Shown one piece after another: positions 9,188-19,224 of a stretch of 43,712 bases of DNA (position 1 is the first letter of the stretch; the number at the start of each line of letters is the position of its first letter). This DNA comes from an uncultured Gemmatimonadales bacterium. GTDB lineage: Bacteria; Gemmatimonadota; Gemmatimonadetes; Gemmatimonadales; GWC2-71-9. The position numbers were made by a program, and so were the translations under genes. Under the pieces are notes generated by a model. The model searched no databases. It was not told the origin of the DNA and saw only the letters and a list, made by a program, of their open reading frames with translations. The stretch covers positions 1 to 43,712 of the forward strand of contig CAWCVB010000008.1 in assembly GCA_963798915.1 (NCBI GenBank), written 5' to 3'.

Positions 9188-11401
9188 GGGGTCGCGATCA
9201 AGCACGAGGCGGAGTTCGCGGTGGCGCGCCGCCACCTTGGCCGCCGCCCGGACAAACCGCCCGATCGGCTGACCAGCGCCGCGAATAAGTACATGCCAGC
9301 GCCAGCGCTCACGGACGCGCGCCACCGGGCAGGGCGCCGGACCGAGCAGCTGAAGCGGCAAGGCGTGCTTCTGGAACAGCCGCTCGCACCACTCGGCGAA
9401 GGCCGCTGCGGCCGAGCTGACCGCCAGCTCGTCCGGGCCCGAGACAATGCCGTTGACGAGCGACACATGCGGCGGATAGGCAGGAGACGCACGGTTTTCC
9501 AGCTCGAGACGCAGAAAGCCATCGGTATCATGCGTCGCTGCGTGGGTAAGCGCGTGGTGCTCCGGGGCCCGGGTCTGCACCAGCACCAGCCCTCCCTTGC
9601 TGCCTCGGCCGGCGCGCCCTCCAACCTGCGCCAGGAGCTGAAAGGCCCGTTCCGCTGCGCGAAAGTCAGGAAGAAAGAGCCCGGTGTCAGCGTCCACGAC
9701 GCCCACCAGCGTCACGTTGGGAAAATCGAGCCCCTTGGCGATCATCTGGGTGCCGAGCAGCACGTCGACTTCGCCCCGCTCGACTGCACCGAGGATTCGC
9801 TGGTGGGACCACTTGGTGCTGGTGGTGTCCAGGTCCATGCGGGCGATCCTGGCCGTCGGGAAGCGCATGGCGACCGCCTGCTCAAGCTGCTGGGTCCCGA
9901 CGCCACGCATCTGCTGGACGGCGCCGTGACAGCTATCGCATGCCTCCGGCATGGGCTGCATGTGATCGCAGTAGTGGCACCGCAGGCCCGCAGGCGACCG
10001 GTGAACCGTCAGGGCAATGCTGCAACTGGGGCATTCCGACACCACGCCACAATCGCGGCACTGGAGAAAATTGGCAAAGCCACGACGATTGAGGAGCAGC
10101 ATAGCCTGCTCGCCGCGCTCCAGCACCTGCGCGAGCGCAGCATCGAGCCGCTCGCTCCAGGGAACCGGCCACAACTCGCGAACCATGGGCGCCCGACGCA
10201 AGTCGACCAGCTCCACCGGCGGCATGGGCCGGGACTCGACGCGCTCCGGCAGGCGCAGGAGCATCACTTTGGGCCTCTCGCCACGCGCGCGTGCAAAGGT
10301 CTCAAGCGATGGCGTGGCTGTGCCCAGGATCAGGCGAGCGCCCTCCAGGCGTGCGCGCATGGCGGCAACATCGCGCGCGTGATAGCGCGGTGACTCGCCG
10401 TTCTTGTAGCTGGTCTCATGTTCCTCATCCACCACAATCAGGCCGAGGTCGGGCACGGGAGCGAACACGGCACTGCGCGCCCCGACCGCCACACGGCGCT
10501 GCCCCGAACGAAGCAGCTTCCACGCATCAGCCCGCTCGCCATCCGAAAGTCCGCTGTGCAGGACGGCAACCTGGTCCCCAAAGGCCCCACGAAACCGGCT
10601 GACGGTCTGAGGCGTGAGGCCGATCTCCGGCACCAGCACAATGGCGCCGCGACCCGCTTCGACTTCGCGCCGCACCGCCTCAAGGTAGACCAGCGTCTTG
10701 CCGCTTCCGGTCACCCCGTACAGGAGGGCGGTCCCGCCCGCGGCCACCTCCTGGAATGCGGTCAGCGCCGCTGCCTGCGCGTCCGTGAATGTGGCCGGCA
10801 ACGGCGTGCCCACCACCTCGGCAAAAGGATCCCGGAGGACCGGGCTGCGGGACACCTGCGCATAGCCGTTGGAGACCAGCGACTTCATCAGTCCGTCGCT
10901 GAAGCCGAGCCGCTCGCGAAGGTGCGACACCTCTGCCGCGCCGTCCAACGCCTCAATCGCCTCGTAGAGCGCGCGCTGCCGTGGCCGACGCCGAAACAGC
11001 TTGTCGCGCTCGAGTAGCGTCGGCCGGTCGTCCGAGAGGGTGATGATGCGGGCATCGGCGTGTGCTCCGCCATCGGGGCGGCCCCAGAGCGCACCCGGAA
11101 GCAGCGCGCGGACCGCGAGCCCCAACGGAGCGCCATAGTAGCGCGACATCCAGTGCGCGAGGGCCAGCAGTGGTTCCGAAAGCGACGGCTCATCATCGGG
11201 AAGACCGACCACGTCGCGCGCCTCGTGAGCGGACGGCTCGGGATCGAGCTCCGAGATGACGCCAATCAGGGTACGGCCCCTCAACGGCACGGTGGCGCGC
11301 ATGCCGACCGCCGCCCGGCCTGCCAGCGGTCCGGGAAGGTGATAGGTGTAGGGACTGGCGAGTGGGAGCGGAAGCAGGATGCGGGCAAGCCGCCCGGTCA
11401 T
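9173..11401 (-). CDS. priA: Primosomal protein N' (replication restart helicase)
   Basis: GVTGSGKT, LVPEIGLTPQ, DEEHE, LGTATPS, NRRGF, four CxxC pairs, GTQMIAKGLDFPNV, QVGGRAGR. Confidence 0.97.
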   Translation of the reverse strand: MTGRLARILLPLPLASPYTYHLPGPLAGRAAVGMRATVPLRGRTLIGVISELDPEPSAHEARDVVGLPDDEPSLSEPLLALAHWMSRYYGAPLGLAVRALLPGALWGRPDGGAHADARIITLSDDRPTLLERDKLFRRRPRQRALYEAIEALDGAAEVSHLRERLGFSDGLMKSLVSNGYAQVSRSPVLRDPFAEVVGTPLPATFTDAQAAALTAFQEVAAGGTALLYGVTGSGKTLVYLEAVRREVEAGRGAIVLVPEIGLTPQTVSRFRGAFGDQVAVLHSGLSDGERADAWKLLRSGQRRVAVGARSAVFAPVPDLGLIVVDEEHETSYKNGESPRYHARDVAAMRARLEGARLILGTATPSLETFARARGERPKVMLLRLPERVESRPMPPVELVDLRRAPMVRELWPVPWSERLDAALAQVLERGEQAMLLLNRRGFANFLQCRDCGVVSECPSCSIALTVHRSPAGLRCHYCDHMQPMPEACDSCHGAVQQMRGVGTQQLEQAVAMRFPTARIARMDLDTTSTKWSHQRILGAVERGEVDVLLGTQMIAKGLDFPNVTLVGVVDADTGLFLPDFRAAERAFQLLAQVGGRAGRGSKGGLVLVQTRAPEHHALTHAATHDTDGFLRLELENRASPAYPPHVSLVNGIVSGPDELAVSSAAAAFAEWCERLFQKHALPLQLLGPAPCPVARVRERWRWHVLIRGAGQPIGRFVRAAAKVAARHRELRLVLDRDPVTLL

Positions 11402-12417
11402 CGCCTGCCGAGGCCCAGGCCTGGACCGCTGGGCAGGGCAACCTGCCCAGCGGCGATGGAGGCGCCGGTAAAGGGATCATTCGAGAGCAGGGCGGCTCCG
11501 TCCAGGTCCACGATGTCCACCAGCGGGGTAAAGTGCGCGGCGGCGGTGATGCCGATGGAGCTCTCGATCATGCACCCCACCATCACCATCATGTGATGCG
11601 CGCGAGCCGTGGCAATCATGCGCAGCGCCTCGCGCAGGCTGCCGCACTTGGCGAGCTTGATATTGATGCCGTCGACCTTGCCGACCAGCGCCGGGATGTC
11701 GGCCGCAATCCGACAGCTCTCGTCCGCGATGATCGGGATGGCGGCCTTCTGCCGGATCAGGCCGAGGCCGTCGAGATCGTGTGGCAGCAGCGGCTGCTCC
11801 AGCACCGTCACCTTGAATTCTTTGAGGACCGGGAGCATCTGCAGCGCATGCTTGACGGTCCAGCCGCAGTTGGCATCGACGCGCAGCTCCCGATCGGTCT
11901 CGCAGCGGATTGTCTCCAGGATCTCGATGTCCCGGTCACCGCCAAGCTTGATCTTCAGTATCGGATACTCGGCCGCTTCATGGACCTTGGCCCGGATCTT
12001 CTCCGGCGTATCCAGGCCAATGGTAAACGTCGATCGGGGCGCCGCCGCCGGATCCAGCCCCCACAATCGGTAGAGCGGAATGCCCAGCCGCTTCCCCATC
12101 AGGTCGTGCAGCGCCGAGGAAAGCGCCGCCCGCGCGGCGGCATTGCCGCCCAGTGCCCGAAGCCACCTGGCTTCCGCGCTTTCGAGGTGGGCCGGGTCTT
12201 CCGGAAGCAAGGTGCCGTACACGCCGAGTGCTGCGAGCACACTGTCAGCAGTCTCGCCATAGAACCTGGTCGGGGCTGCTTCGCCCCAGCCCTCGAGGCC
12301 ATCGTCATCCACCAGCCGAACCATGACCGTCCGATAGGCGGATTGGCCGCCCCGGGCAATGATGAACGGATGCCGGGTGGTGAGGTCCAGGAGTTCGGTC
12401 TCGAGGCGAAGCGGCAC
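11398..12417 (-). CDS. L-Ala-D/L-Glu dipeptide epimerase (enolase superfamily)
   Basis: PFIIARG, GWGEA, KIKLG, RVDANCGW, LEQP, IADES, INIKLAKCG, GCMIES, DLDG. Confidence 0.88.
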   Translation of the reverse strand: MPLRLETELLDLTTRHPFIIARGGQSAYRTVMVRLVDDDGLEGWGEAAPTRFYGETADSVLAALGVYGTLLPEDPAHLESAEARWLRALGGNAAARAALSSALHDLMGKRLGIPLYRLWGLDPAAAPRSTFTIGLDTPEKIRAKVHEAAEYPILKIKLGGDRDIEILETIRCETDRELRVDANCGWTVKHALQMLPVLKEFKVTVLEQPLLPHDLDGLGLIRQKAAIPIIADESCRIAADIPALVGKVDGINIKLAKCGSLREALRMIATARAHHMMVMVGCMIESSIGITAAAHFTPLVDIVDLDGAALLSNDPFTGASIAAGQVALPSGPGLGLGRR

Positions 12418-12435
12418 AACGGCCTCCGGCGTCGG

Positions 12436-13332
12436 TCAGATCAGGGCGTTCAGGTGGGCCACGGCTCCGTCGGCCAGGCGGGATGGAATGTAGCCCCCCT
12501 CCAGCACCCCCACGAGAGCCGGCGCACCGGCTAATGCGCGCAGGCGCGTCGTCAGTTCGCCGAAGTGCTCCGGCTCCAGCGTGAAGCCGCCCAGCGGGTC
12601 GCCAGCCATGCTGTCGAAGCCGGCAGAGACGATCACCACATCAGGTGTCCATCCGCTGGTCGCCTCGGCCACGGCCCCCCAGAAGTCTGCCACGTAGCGC
12701 TCCGGCGCCAACCCCGGGGGCCTTGGCACATTCCACACATTGCCGACACCACGGTCTTCTGCCATGCCGGTGCCGGGCCACCAGGGATGCTGGTGCATCG
12801 ACACAAACCGGACGGACGGGTCTTGCTCCACCAGGGCCTGGGTCCCATTTCCGTGGTGCACGTCCCAGTCAACGATCAGGATCTGCGGCGCGCCGATGGC
12901 TTGTGCATGTCGAGCCGCAATAACCGCATTGGCGAGCAGGCAGAAGCCCATCGCGCGATCGGCCAGCGCATGATGTCCGGGCGGGCGGGCGGCACTGAAG
13001 GCCGGCTCTCCGGTGCCCAGGGCATGTTCGACTGCCGCCACGGCTCCGCCCGCGCCCCGGATCGCGGCCTCCCAGCTTGCTTCATTCATCACGGTGTCGG
13101 CATCCAGCGCTCCGCCGCCCCTCCTGGCCGTCTCCCGCAGCAGATCCAGGTGTGCCCGCTCGTGGACCCGGCCCAGCTGCGCCTCAGTGACCCGCGGCGA
13201 TTCACGGATCGCGATGTCCGGAACCCCTCGCAGGCGATCCAGCAGGACACGCAAGCGGTCGGCGGACTCCGGATGCCCACGACCGGGGTCGTGCGCAAGA
13301 CAATCAGGATGGGAAAACACGGGAAGTGGCAC
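12436..13332 (-). CDS. Histone deacetylase family (zinc-dependent deacylase)
   Basis: HPES, RPPGHHA, GFCL, DWDVHHGNGTQ, SAGFD, LEGGY. Confidence 0.93.
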   Translation of the reverse strand: MPLPVFSHPDCLAHDPGRGHPESADRLRVLLDRLRGVPDIAIRESPRVTEAQLGRVHERAHLDLLRETARRGGGALDADTVMNEASWEAAIRGAGGAVAAVEHALGTGEPAFSAARPPGHHALADRAMGFCLLANAVIAARHAQAIGAPQILIVDWDVHHGNGTQALVEQDPSVRFVSMHQHPWWPGTGMAEDRGVGNVWNVPRPPGLAPERYVADFWGAVAEATSGWTPDVVIVSAGFDSMAGDPLGGFTLEPEHFGELTTRLRALAGAPALVGVLEGGYIPSRLADGAVAHLNALI

Positions 13333-13338
13333 AGCGAC

Positions 13339-13599
13339 TCAGTTACGGCGGATCAGTTCCTGCATCTCGCGCGCTTCGGAAGCGAGGGCATGTCGTGCGC
13401 GGGAGATTTCGGCGGCCTGACGGCGGTACCAGTGCCAGGACAGCCCGACCAGCATGGAGCCAACGACCAAAACCGCTCCCACGATCACCAGCAGGGGCCG
13501 GTGCAGCCAGAGCCCACCCACCATCAGCGCGACGCCATCGAACGCGAGGAATGCGGCGGCCCCGATCGTCAATGCGCGAGCGCCGGCCGGGCTGGTCAT
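13339..13599 (-). CDS. Small two-TM membrane protein with C-terminal coiled/amphipathic helix
   Basis: Two hydrophobic segments followed by YRRQAAEISRARHALASEAREMQELIR. Starts 2 nt after the upstream stop. Confidence 0.75.
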   Translation of the reverse strand: MTSPAGARALTIGAAAFLAFDGVALMVGGLWLHRPLLVIVGAVLVVGSMLVGLSWHWYRRQAAEISRARHALASEAREMQELIRRN

Positions 13600-13601
13600 C
13601 C

Positions 13602-13865
13602 TCAGCGGACCGGCCGGCGGCGGCGTGGCAGGACGATCAGGTTGGCGTCAGGGACGATTCCTGCCTGTTCCAGCGATGCCGCCTCATTCAGGATCTCCGC
13701 ACCGCGATATTTGACGGCGTATTGTGACGGGTCGCGGACGACGCGTGCGCGCGTGAGTGCGGCGAGCTTGAGTTCCGAGACGGAATGCGAGCCATCCATC
13801 GCGATCGCCACCTCATCCCAGACGTCCTGCACCATGACCCGAAGCGGCAACATGACATCGGTCAC
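13602..13865 (-). CDS. Ubiquitin-like beta-grasp protein (EsaB/YukD-like)
   Basis: Pattern matches the ubiquitin fold: DGSHSVSELK vs EPSDTIENVK, YAVKYRGAEI vs QRLIFAGKQL, SLEQAGIVPDANLIVL vs TLSDYNIQKESTLHLV. GTGA overlap with the upstream gene. Confidence 0.72.
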   Translation of the reverse strand: MTDVMLPLRVMVQDVWDEVAIAMDGSHSVSELKLAALTRARVVRDPSQYAVKYRGAEILNEAASLEQAGIVPDANLIVLPRRRRPVR

Positions 13866-14131
13866 ACGGCCACCTCGCTATTGGGCAGCGTGGACAGGAA
13901 ACGACTGACGGCCTGGTCAAAGAACAGGGTGGAGGCCCGGATTCGCGAACCCGCATCTGTCCGAAAGACTGCGATCGCGATTTCTTCCCCGCCCTGGCCG
14001 CGGAGCGTCAGCCAGTCGGCGCCGCCCTTCTCGGGATAGGCAGCCTGCTGGGGCACCCGTTCGGTGAAGAACTGGCGGGCCCGCTCGAGGATTTCCTGGG
14101 CCGGCAGCGACGTGATCTTTTCGTGAATCAT
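13862..14131 (-). CDS. Hypothetical protein (89 aa, alpha/beta)
   Basis: ATG preceded by AGGGA. Stop overlaps the next gene start. Predicted beta-alpha-beta4-alpha pattern. Confidence 0.78.
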   Translation of the reverse strand: MIHEKITSLPAQEILERARQFFTERVPQQAAYPEKGGADWLTLRGQGGEEIAIAVFRTDAGSRIRASTLFFDQAVSRFLSTLPNSEVAV

Positions 14132-14158
14132 GGTCCCTGCAATATATAGTGAGGGCGC

Positions 14159-15487
14159 CTACAGGTGCGCTTTGATCCACGCGGGTGCCTGATCGCCGGC
14201 AATGCGCACCTGCTGCATGCTATCGCGTTCACGAACTGTCACCGTCCCATCGGCCAGTGTGTCAGCGTCGATCGTGATGCAGAACGGTGTGCCGGCCTCG
14301 TCCTGGCGCCGGTACCGGCGCCCGATGGCGCCACTGTCGTCATAAAAGGCGTTCACGTGCAGCCGCACGTCGCGATAGATCCGGTCTGCCACCTCAGGCA
14401 TGCCGTCCTTCTTCATGAGCGGCAGCACGGCCACCTTGATCGGGGCGACGCCGGGGGCGAGCCCCAGCACCACCCGCGTTTCGCCCTCGACCTGCTCCTC
14501 GCGATAGGCATCCACGAGCACGGTCAGTGTCACCCGATCGGCGCCAGCCGACGTCTCGACGATATAGGGGAGGTATCGCTCGTTGGCTGGCTGGTCAAAG
14601 TACTCCAGCTTCTTGCCGGAATATTCCTGGTGCCGCTTGAGGTCGAAGTCGGTGCGGTTGTGGATGCCCTCGATTTCGTTCCAGCCGAAGGGAAATTCAT
14701 ATTCGATGTCGTACGCCGCCTTGGCATAGTGGGCCAGCTCGCCCGGGCCATGCTCGTGCCACCGCAGCCGGGCAGGATCCAGTCCCAGGCCATGGTGCCA
14801 GCTCATGCGCCATTCACGCCAGCGCTCGAACCACTCACCGTCGGTGCCAGGCTTCACGAAGAACTGCATCTCCATCTGCTCGAACTCGCGGGTCCGGAAG
14901 ATGAAGTTGCCCGGCGTAATTTCGTTCCTGAACGCCTTCCCGATCTGGGCAATGCCGAAGGGCACCTTCTGTCGGGATGCCTGCAGCACGTTCAGGTAGT
15001 TGACGTAGATGCCCTGGGCCGTCTCGGGCCGGAGAAAAATCACGGCCGCCTGCTCTTCCACCGGCCCCATGAAGGTCTTGAACATCAGGTTGAACAACCG
15101 GGGCTCGGTCAGGTCGCACGCCGTGTGCTCGCCGGGGTGTTTGCTGGGCTTCTGCGGACACGAAGCATGCTGAACCTGATCGGCTCGAAAGCGAGCCTTG
15201 CAGGTTCGGCAATCCACCAGCGGGTCGGTGAATCCGGCGACATGGCCCGAGGCCTCCCACACCCGCGGATGCATGAGAATCGCGGCATCGAGGCCCTCGA
15301 TGTCGTCGCGGGCATGCACCATGGCACGCCACCAGCGGTCCTTCACGTTCTTCTTGAGCTCGACGCCCAGCGGCCCATAGTCCCACACCGAGCCGAGACC
15401 GCCGTAGATCTCGGAGGACTGGAACACGAAGCCCCGCCGCTTGCAGAGCGAGACGAGCTTGTCCATCACATTGTCAGTAGCAGACAT
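14159..15487 (-). CDS. glyQS: Glycine--tRNA ligase, homodimeric (alpha2) type
   Basis: [71 protein letters not shown]. Confidence 0.97.
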   Translation of the reverse strand: MSATDNVMDKLVSLCKRRGFVFQSSEIYGGLGSVWDYGPLGVELKKNVKDRWWRAMVHARDDIEGLDAAILMHPRVWEASGHVAGFTDPLVDCRTCKARFRADQVQHASCPQKPSKHPGEHTACDLTEPRLFNLMFKTFMGPVEEQAAVIFLRPETAQGIYVNYLNVLQASRQKVPFGIAQIGKAFRNEITPGNFIFRTREFEQMEMQFFVKPGTDGEWFERWREWRMSWHHGLGLDPARLRWHEHGPGELAHYAKAAYDIEYEFPFGWNEIEGIHNRTDFDLKRHQEYSGKKLEYFDQPANERYLPYIVETSAGADRVTLTVLVDAYREEQVEGETRVVLGLAPGVAPIKVAVLPLMKKDGMPEVADRIYRDVRLHVNAFYDDSGAIGRRYRRQDEAGTPFCITIDADTLADGTVTVRERDSMQQVRIAGDQAPAWIKAHL

Positions 15488-15497
15488 GGCGGGCCGG

Positions 15498-15526
15498 AAG
15501 ATACCGGTGCTCAGGGGACCGATCAA
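15498..15526 (-). promoter_or_regulatory. Sigma70-type promoter of glyQS
   Basis: TTGATC-17 nt-TATCTT, 10 nt before ATG 15487. Confidence 0.65.
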
Positions 15527-15537
15527 GCATGGTGCAC

Positions 15538-17847
15538 TCAGCGCCCGGGAACCAGGCGAAGCACCGGGCTCGCGTCCTGGCCCGAGCCGGTCAGCTCGAG
15601 ACGCGCCAGGCGTCCGGCCTGCCAGAGCGGAAATTGATCGCGGTAATGGGTCGAGAGCGGGTTCCCGGACTGCCCGGTGGGGAGAATGAAATACCCAGGG
15701 CCGCCCTCGACCATTTCGCTGAGGAACCGCATGGACGGCCCCTCGGTACAGGTAAACGGAATGCGATCGCCGCCTGATGTGCACAGGTCGACGGTATAGT
15801 CGCCGCCGGGCGCCGGCACCGGTCCAACGTCAAGGCGAAGCAGCCGGCCCAGGATGGGTACGTCTCCAAGCGGATGGTGCTGAAGCAGCCGGTGCGCCCG
15901 GCCCCATTTCCAGCCCGAACGCGGGTCCGCCAGGGCGCCGCGCATGGCGCGGCGGCTGAGCGAATCCAGCGCGATCGTGCTGCCATCCGCAGCGTGAATG
16001 GTGTCGGTGAGAATCCACTGGTGCTCCGCCGCCAGGGCGGCAGGACGTGTTGCCGGGAGGGAATGAAGCTCCGTCCGCAAGCCAGTGTACCAGCGCCAGA
16101 ACAGCGTCGGTACCGCCTGACTGGTTCGCATGGCGCCATCCCAGCGCTCAAGCGATGTTGCCGCCGCGGTGTCGCCCACTTCAAGCGCTGCCTGCGCTGC
16201 CACATGCCGCGCCCGGATCGCAAAGCGGCTCACGACGTCCATCTGCATGGCGGCCGCGTCAGCAAGGGTCACCGAAGAATCTGCCGCCAGCATTGCCCCG
16301 ATGCGCTCGGCGCGATACGGCGATGCCCATGCGGAAGAGAGGAAGTGCCGATACCCGGGGCCGACGATGCGGTTGTTGGAGGTGACCACGTATGGCGCCG
16401 CGTCGAGCGCGGCGGGCAATGCGGCAAAGTCCACGTAACCATGCCAGGCGGAATCGGTGGTCCAGCCGGGCCCGGAAGATCCGCCATGAGCCTCGGCGCG
16501 GAGCGGAACCCCACCGGCCAACTGATATCCGCTGTGTCCTGCCACGTCGGCGTAGGTCAATCCCAGTGCCGGAGCCCGGACGGCCGCGAGCGCCATCCGG
16601 AAGCTTGACCAGTCCCGCGCCTTCATGAGGCGGAGCGACGCCAGGAGTCCCGCTGGCGTCACGTCCTGTCCCGACCAGCGCCGCGACACTCCGTGGACCG
16701 GCGTGCCGCCAAGCCAGCGAACCACCGGTCCGTTTGAAGTCCGCCGCCGGGCGTAGGGAATGTCAGGGCGGTCCTTCACCCGCAGCGTTTCCGGCACCGT
16801 GCTGACCGGCGCCCATCCATGCAGCCGTCGCACAAGCGACGTGTCAGAAGAAAATTCCTCCTCAACCTCGTCCACGTCGTCCACGTACGATGCGGTCATC
16901 CCCCAGGCGATGTCGCGGTTGCGGCCGATCACGATACCCGGGACACCCGGAATGGTGACTCCCGCGGCGTCGATGGCGGGTGCGTGTACAACGGCCAGGT
17001 ACCAGATGGACGGTACGCCAAGCGGAAGATGGGGATCGTTGGCCAGCAATGGCGCGCCGGATGCCGTGCGGGCGGCACCGACGACCCAGGAGTTGGAGCC
17101 CCGGTTGCTTTCGGTGAACGAGGAACGAGGAACGAGGGATGAGAGTCGAGCTTCGAGGGTTGAGGGTCGAGGGACGCGAGTCCTGAGTCTCGCGTCTCGT
17201 GACCCCATGACCACAGGAACTCCTTCCGGCCAACCGGGCGCCATCAGGGAATCCGCGCCAGGACCGTAGAGGCGCACGGCATTGGCGCGGATGCGTTCGT
17301 CACCGAGATTGTGGAGCTGTTTGGCCTCGAGCAGCAGGATGGCGTAGCTGTCCTCGGCTCGCCAGGGTTCTGCCACCAGTCGGAGCAGCCGGTGCTCCAG
17401 CGACGTGCCCCCTCGGCCGAGCCAGGCATTGACCCCGCTCGCATAGGCCACAAGCAGCTCGCGATCGGCGGGTGCAGTCGCCGCCCAGGCGCGCTGGGCC
17501 AGCCATCCGAGTTCCCAGTCACGTGCGTCTCGATCCGCGGCAACCGCGCGTGCGCCAAAGAGCTCCGAGAGCCGGCCCTCCGCAGCCCGGCGCATGAGAT
17601 CCATCTGCCAGAACCGATCGCGGGCATGCAGGTAACCGAGCGCGCGATACAAGTCGGCCTCGCTGCGAGCCCTGATGGTGGGCACGCCAAGTGAATCGAA
17701 GCGGACCTGCACGCTGTCAACCAGCGGGGCGAGCGCCACCGTGCCATTATCCTGGGGAACAGTGCTCCGAAGCCAGAGCCACGCTGCCAGCGCCAGCAGG
17801 ATGAGCACCGACAGCAGGCCCAGCAGCAGGCGTCGGATCAGCCGCAT
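15538..17847 (-). CDS. Penicillin acylase family protein (Ntn-hydrolase, peptidase S45)
   Basis: N-terminal TM anchor, [22 protein letters not shown], beta-chain start [34 protein letters not shown]. Confidence 0.93.
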   Translation of the reverse strand: MRLIRRLLLGLLSVLILLALAAWLWLRSTVPQDNGTVALAPLVDSVQVRFDSLGVPTIRARSEADLYRALGYLHARDRFWQMDLMRRAAEGRLSELFGARAVAADRDARDWELGWLAQRAWAATAPADRELLVAYASGVNAWLGRGGTSLEHRLLRLVAEPWRAEDSYAILLLEAKQLHNLGDERIRANAVRLYGPGADSLMAPGWPEGVPVVMGSRDARLRTRVPRPSTLEARLSSLVPRSSFTESNRGSNSWVVGAARTASGAPLLANDPHLPLGVPSIWYLAVVHAPAIDAAGVTIPGVPGIVIGRNRDIAWGMTASYVDDVDEVEEEFSSDTSLVRRLHGWAPVSTVPETLRVKDRPDIPYARRRTSNGPVVRWLGGTPVHGVSRRWSGQDVTPAGLLASLRLMKARDWSSFRMALAAVRAPALGLTYADVAGHSGYQLAGGVPLRAEAHGGSSGPGWTTDSAWHGYVDFAALPAALDAAPYVVTSNNRIVGPGYRHFLSSAWASPYRAERIGAMLAADSSVTLADAAAMQMDVVSRFAIRARHVAAQAALEVGDTAAATSLERWDGAMRTSQAVPTLFWRWYTGLRTELHSLPATRPAALAAEHQWILTDTIHAADGSTIALDSLSRRAMRGALADPRSGWKWGRAHRLLQHHPLGDVPILGRLLRLDVGPVPAPGGDYTVDLCTSGGDRIPFTCTEGPSMRFLSEMVEGGPGYFILPTGQSGNPLSTHYRDQFPLWQAGRLARLELTGSGQDASPVLRLVPGR
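17118..17201. repeat. Degenerate heptamer tandem array (12 x 7 nt) inside the acylase gene
   Basis: ACGAGGA ACGAGGA ACGAGGG ATGAGAG TCGAGCT TCGAGGG TTGAGGG TCGAGGG ACGCGAG TCCTGAG TCTCGCG TCTCGTG. Confidence 0.75.
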
Positions 17848-17853
17848 GCGAGG

Positions 17854-19137
<1,284 letters not shown>

Positions 19138-19154
19138 CCCAGCCTCGTCTCGGC

Positions 19155-19180
19155 AAAAAAAAGAGCCCCGGTGGGGGCTC
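19155..19180 (-). terminator. Intrinsic terminator in the purA 5' region
   Basis: Minus strand reads GAGCCCC-CACC-GGGGCTC followed by T8. Confidence 0.85.
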
Positions 19181-19195
19181 ATGCATCCTCATGCA

Positions 19196-19224
19196 AAGAT
19201 AGGCTGAGATCAGGAGAGCGTCAA
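19196..19224 (-). promoter_or_regulatory. Sigma70-type promoter upstream of purA
   Basis: TTGACG-17 nt-TATCTT. Confidence 0.7.

Noticed and set aside
12436..13332. HDAC acting specifically on the Lys-rich uL4 tail
   Set aside because: The genes are 20 kb apart in different transcription units, so there is no sequence evidence of a link.
13602..13865. Ubl protein as a ThiS/MoaD sulfur carrier or part of a type VII secretion locus
   Set aside because: It has no C-terminal GG, and there are no thi/moa, WXG100 or EssC genes nearby.
15488..15784. N-terminal extension of the glyQS ORF (541 aa in the ORF track)
   Set aside because: It overlaps the acylase 3' end. Homology starts at [12 protein letters not shown] and a promoter lies just upstream of ATG 15487.
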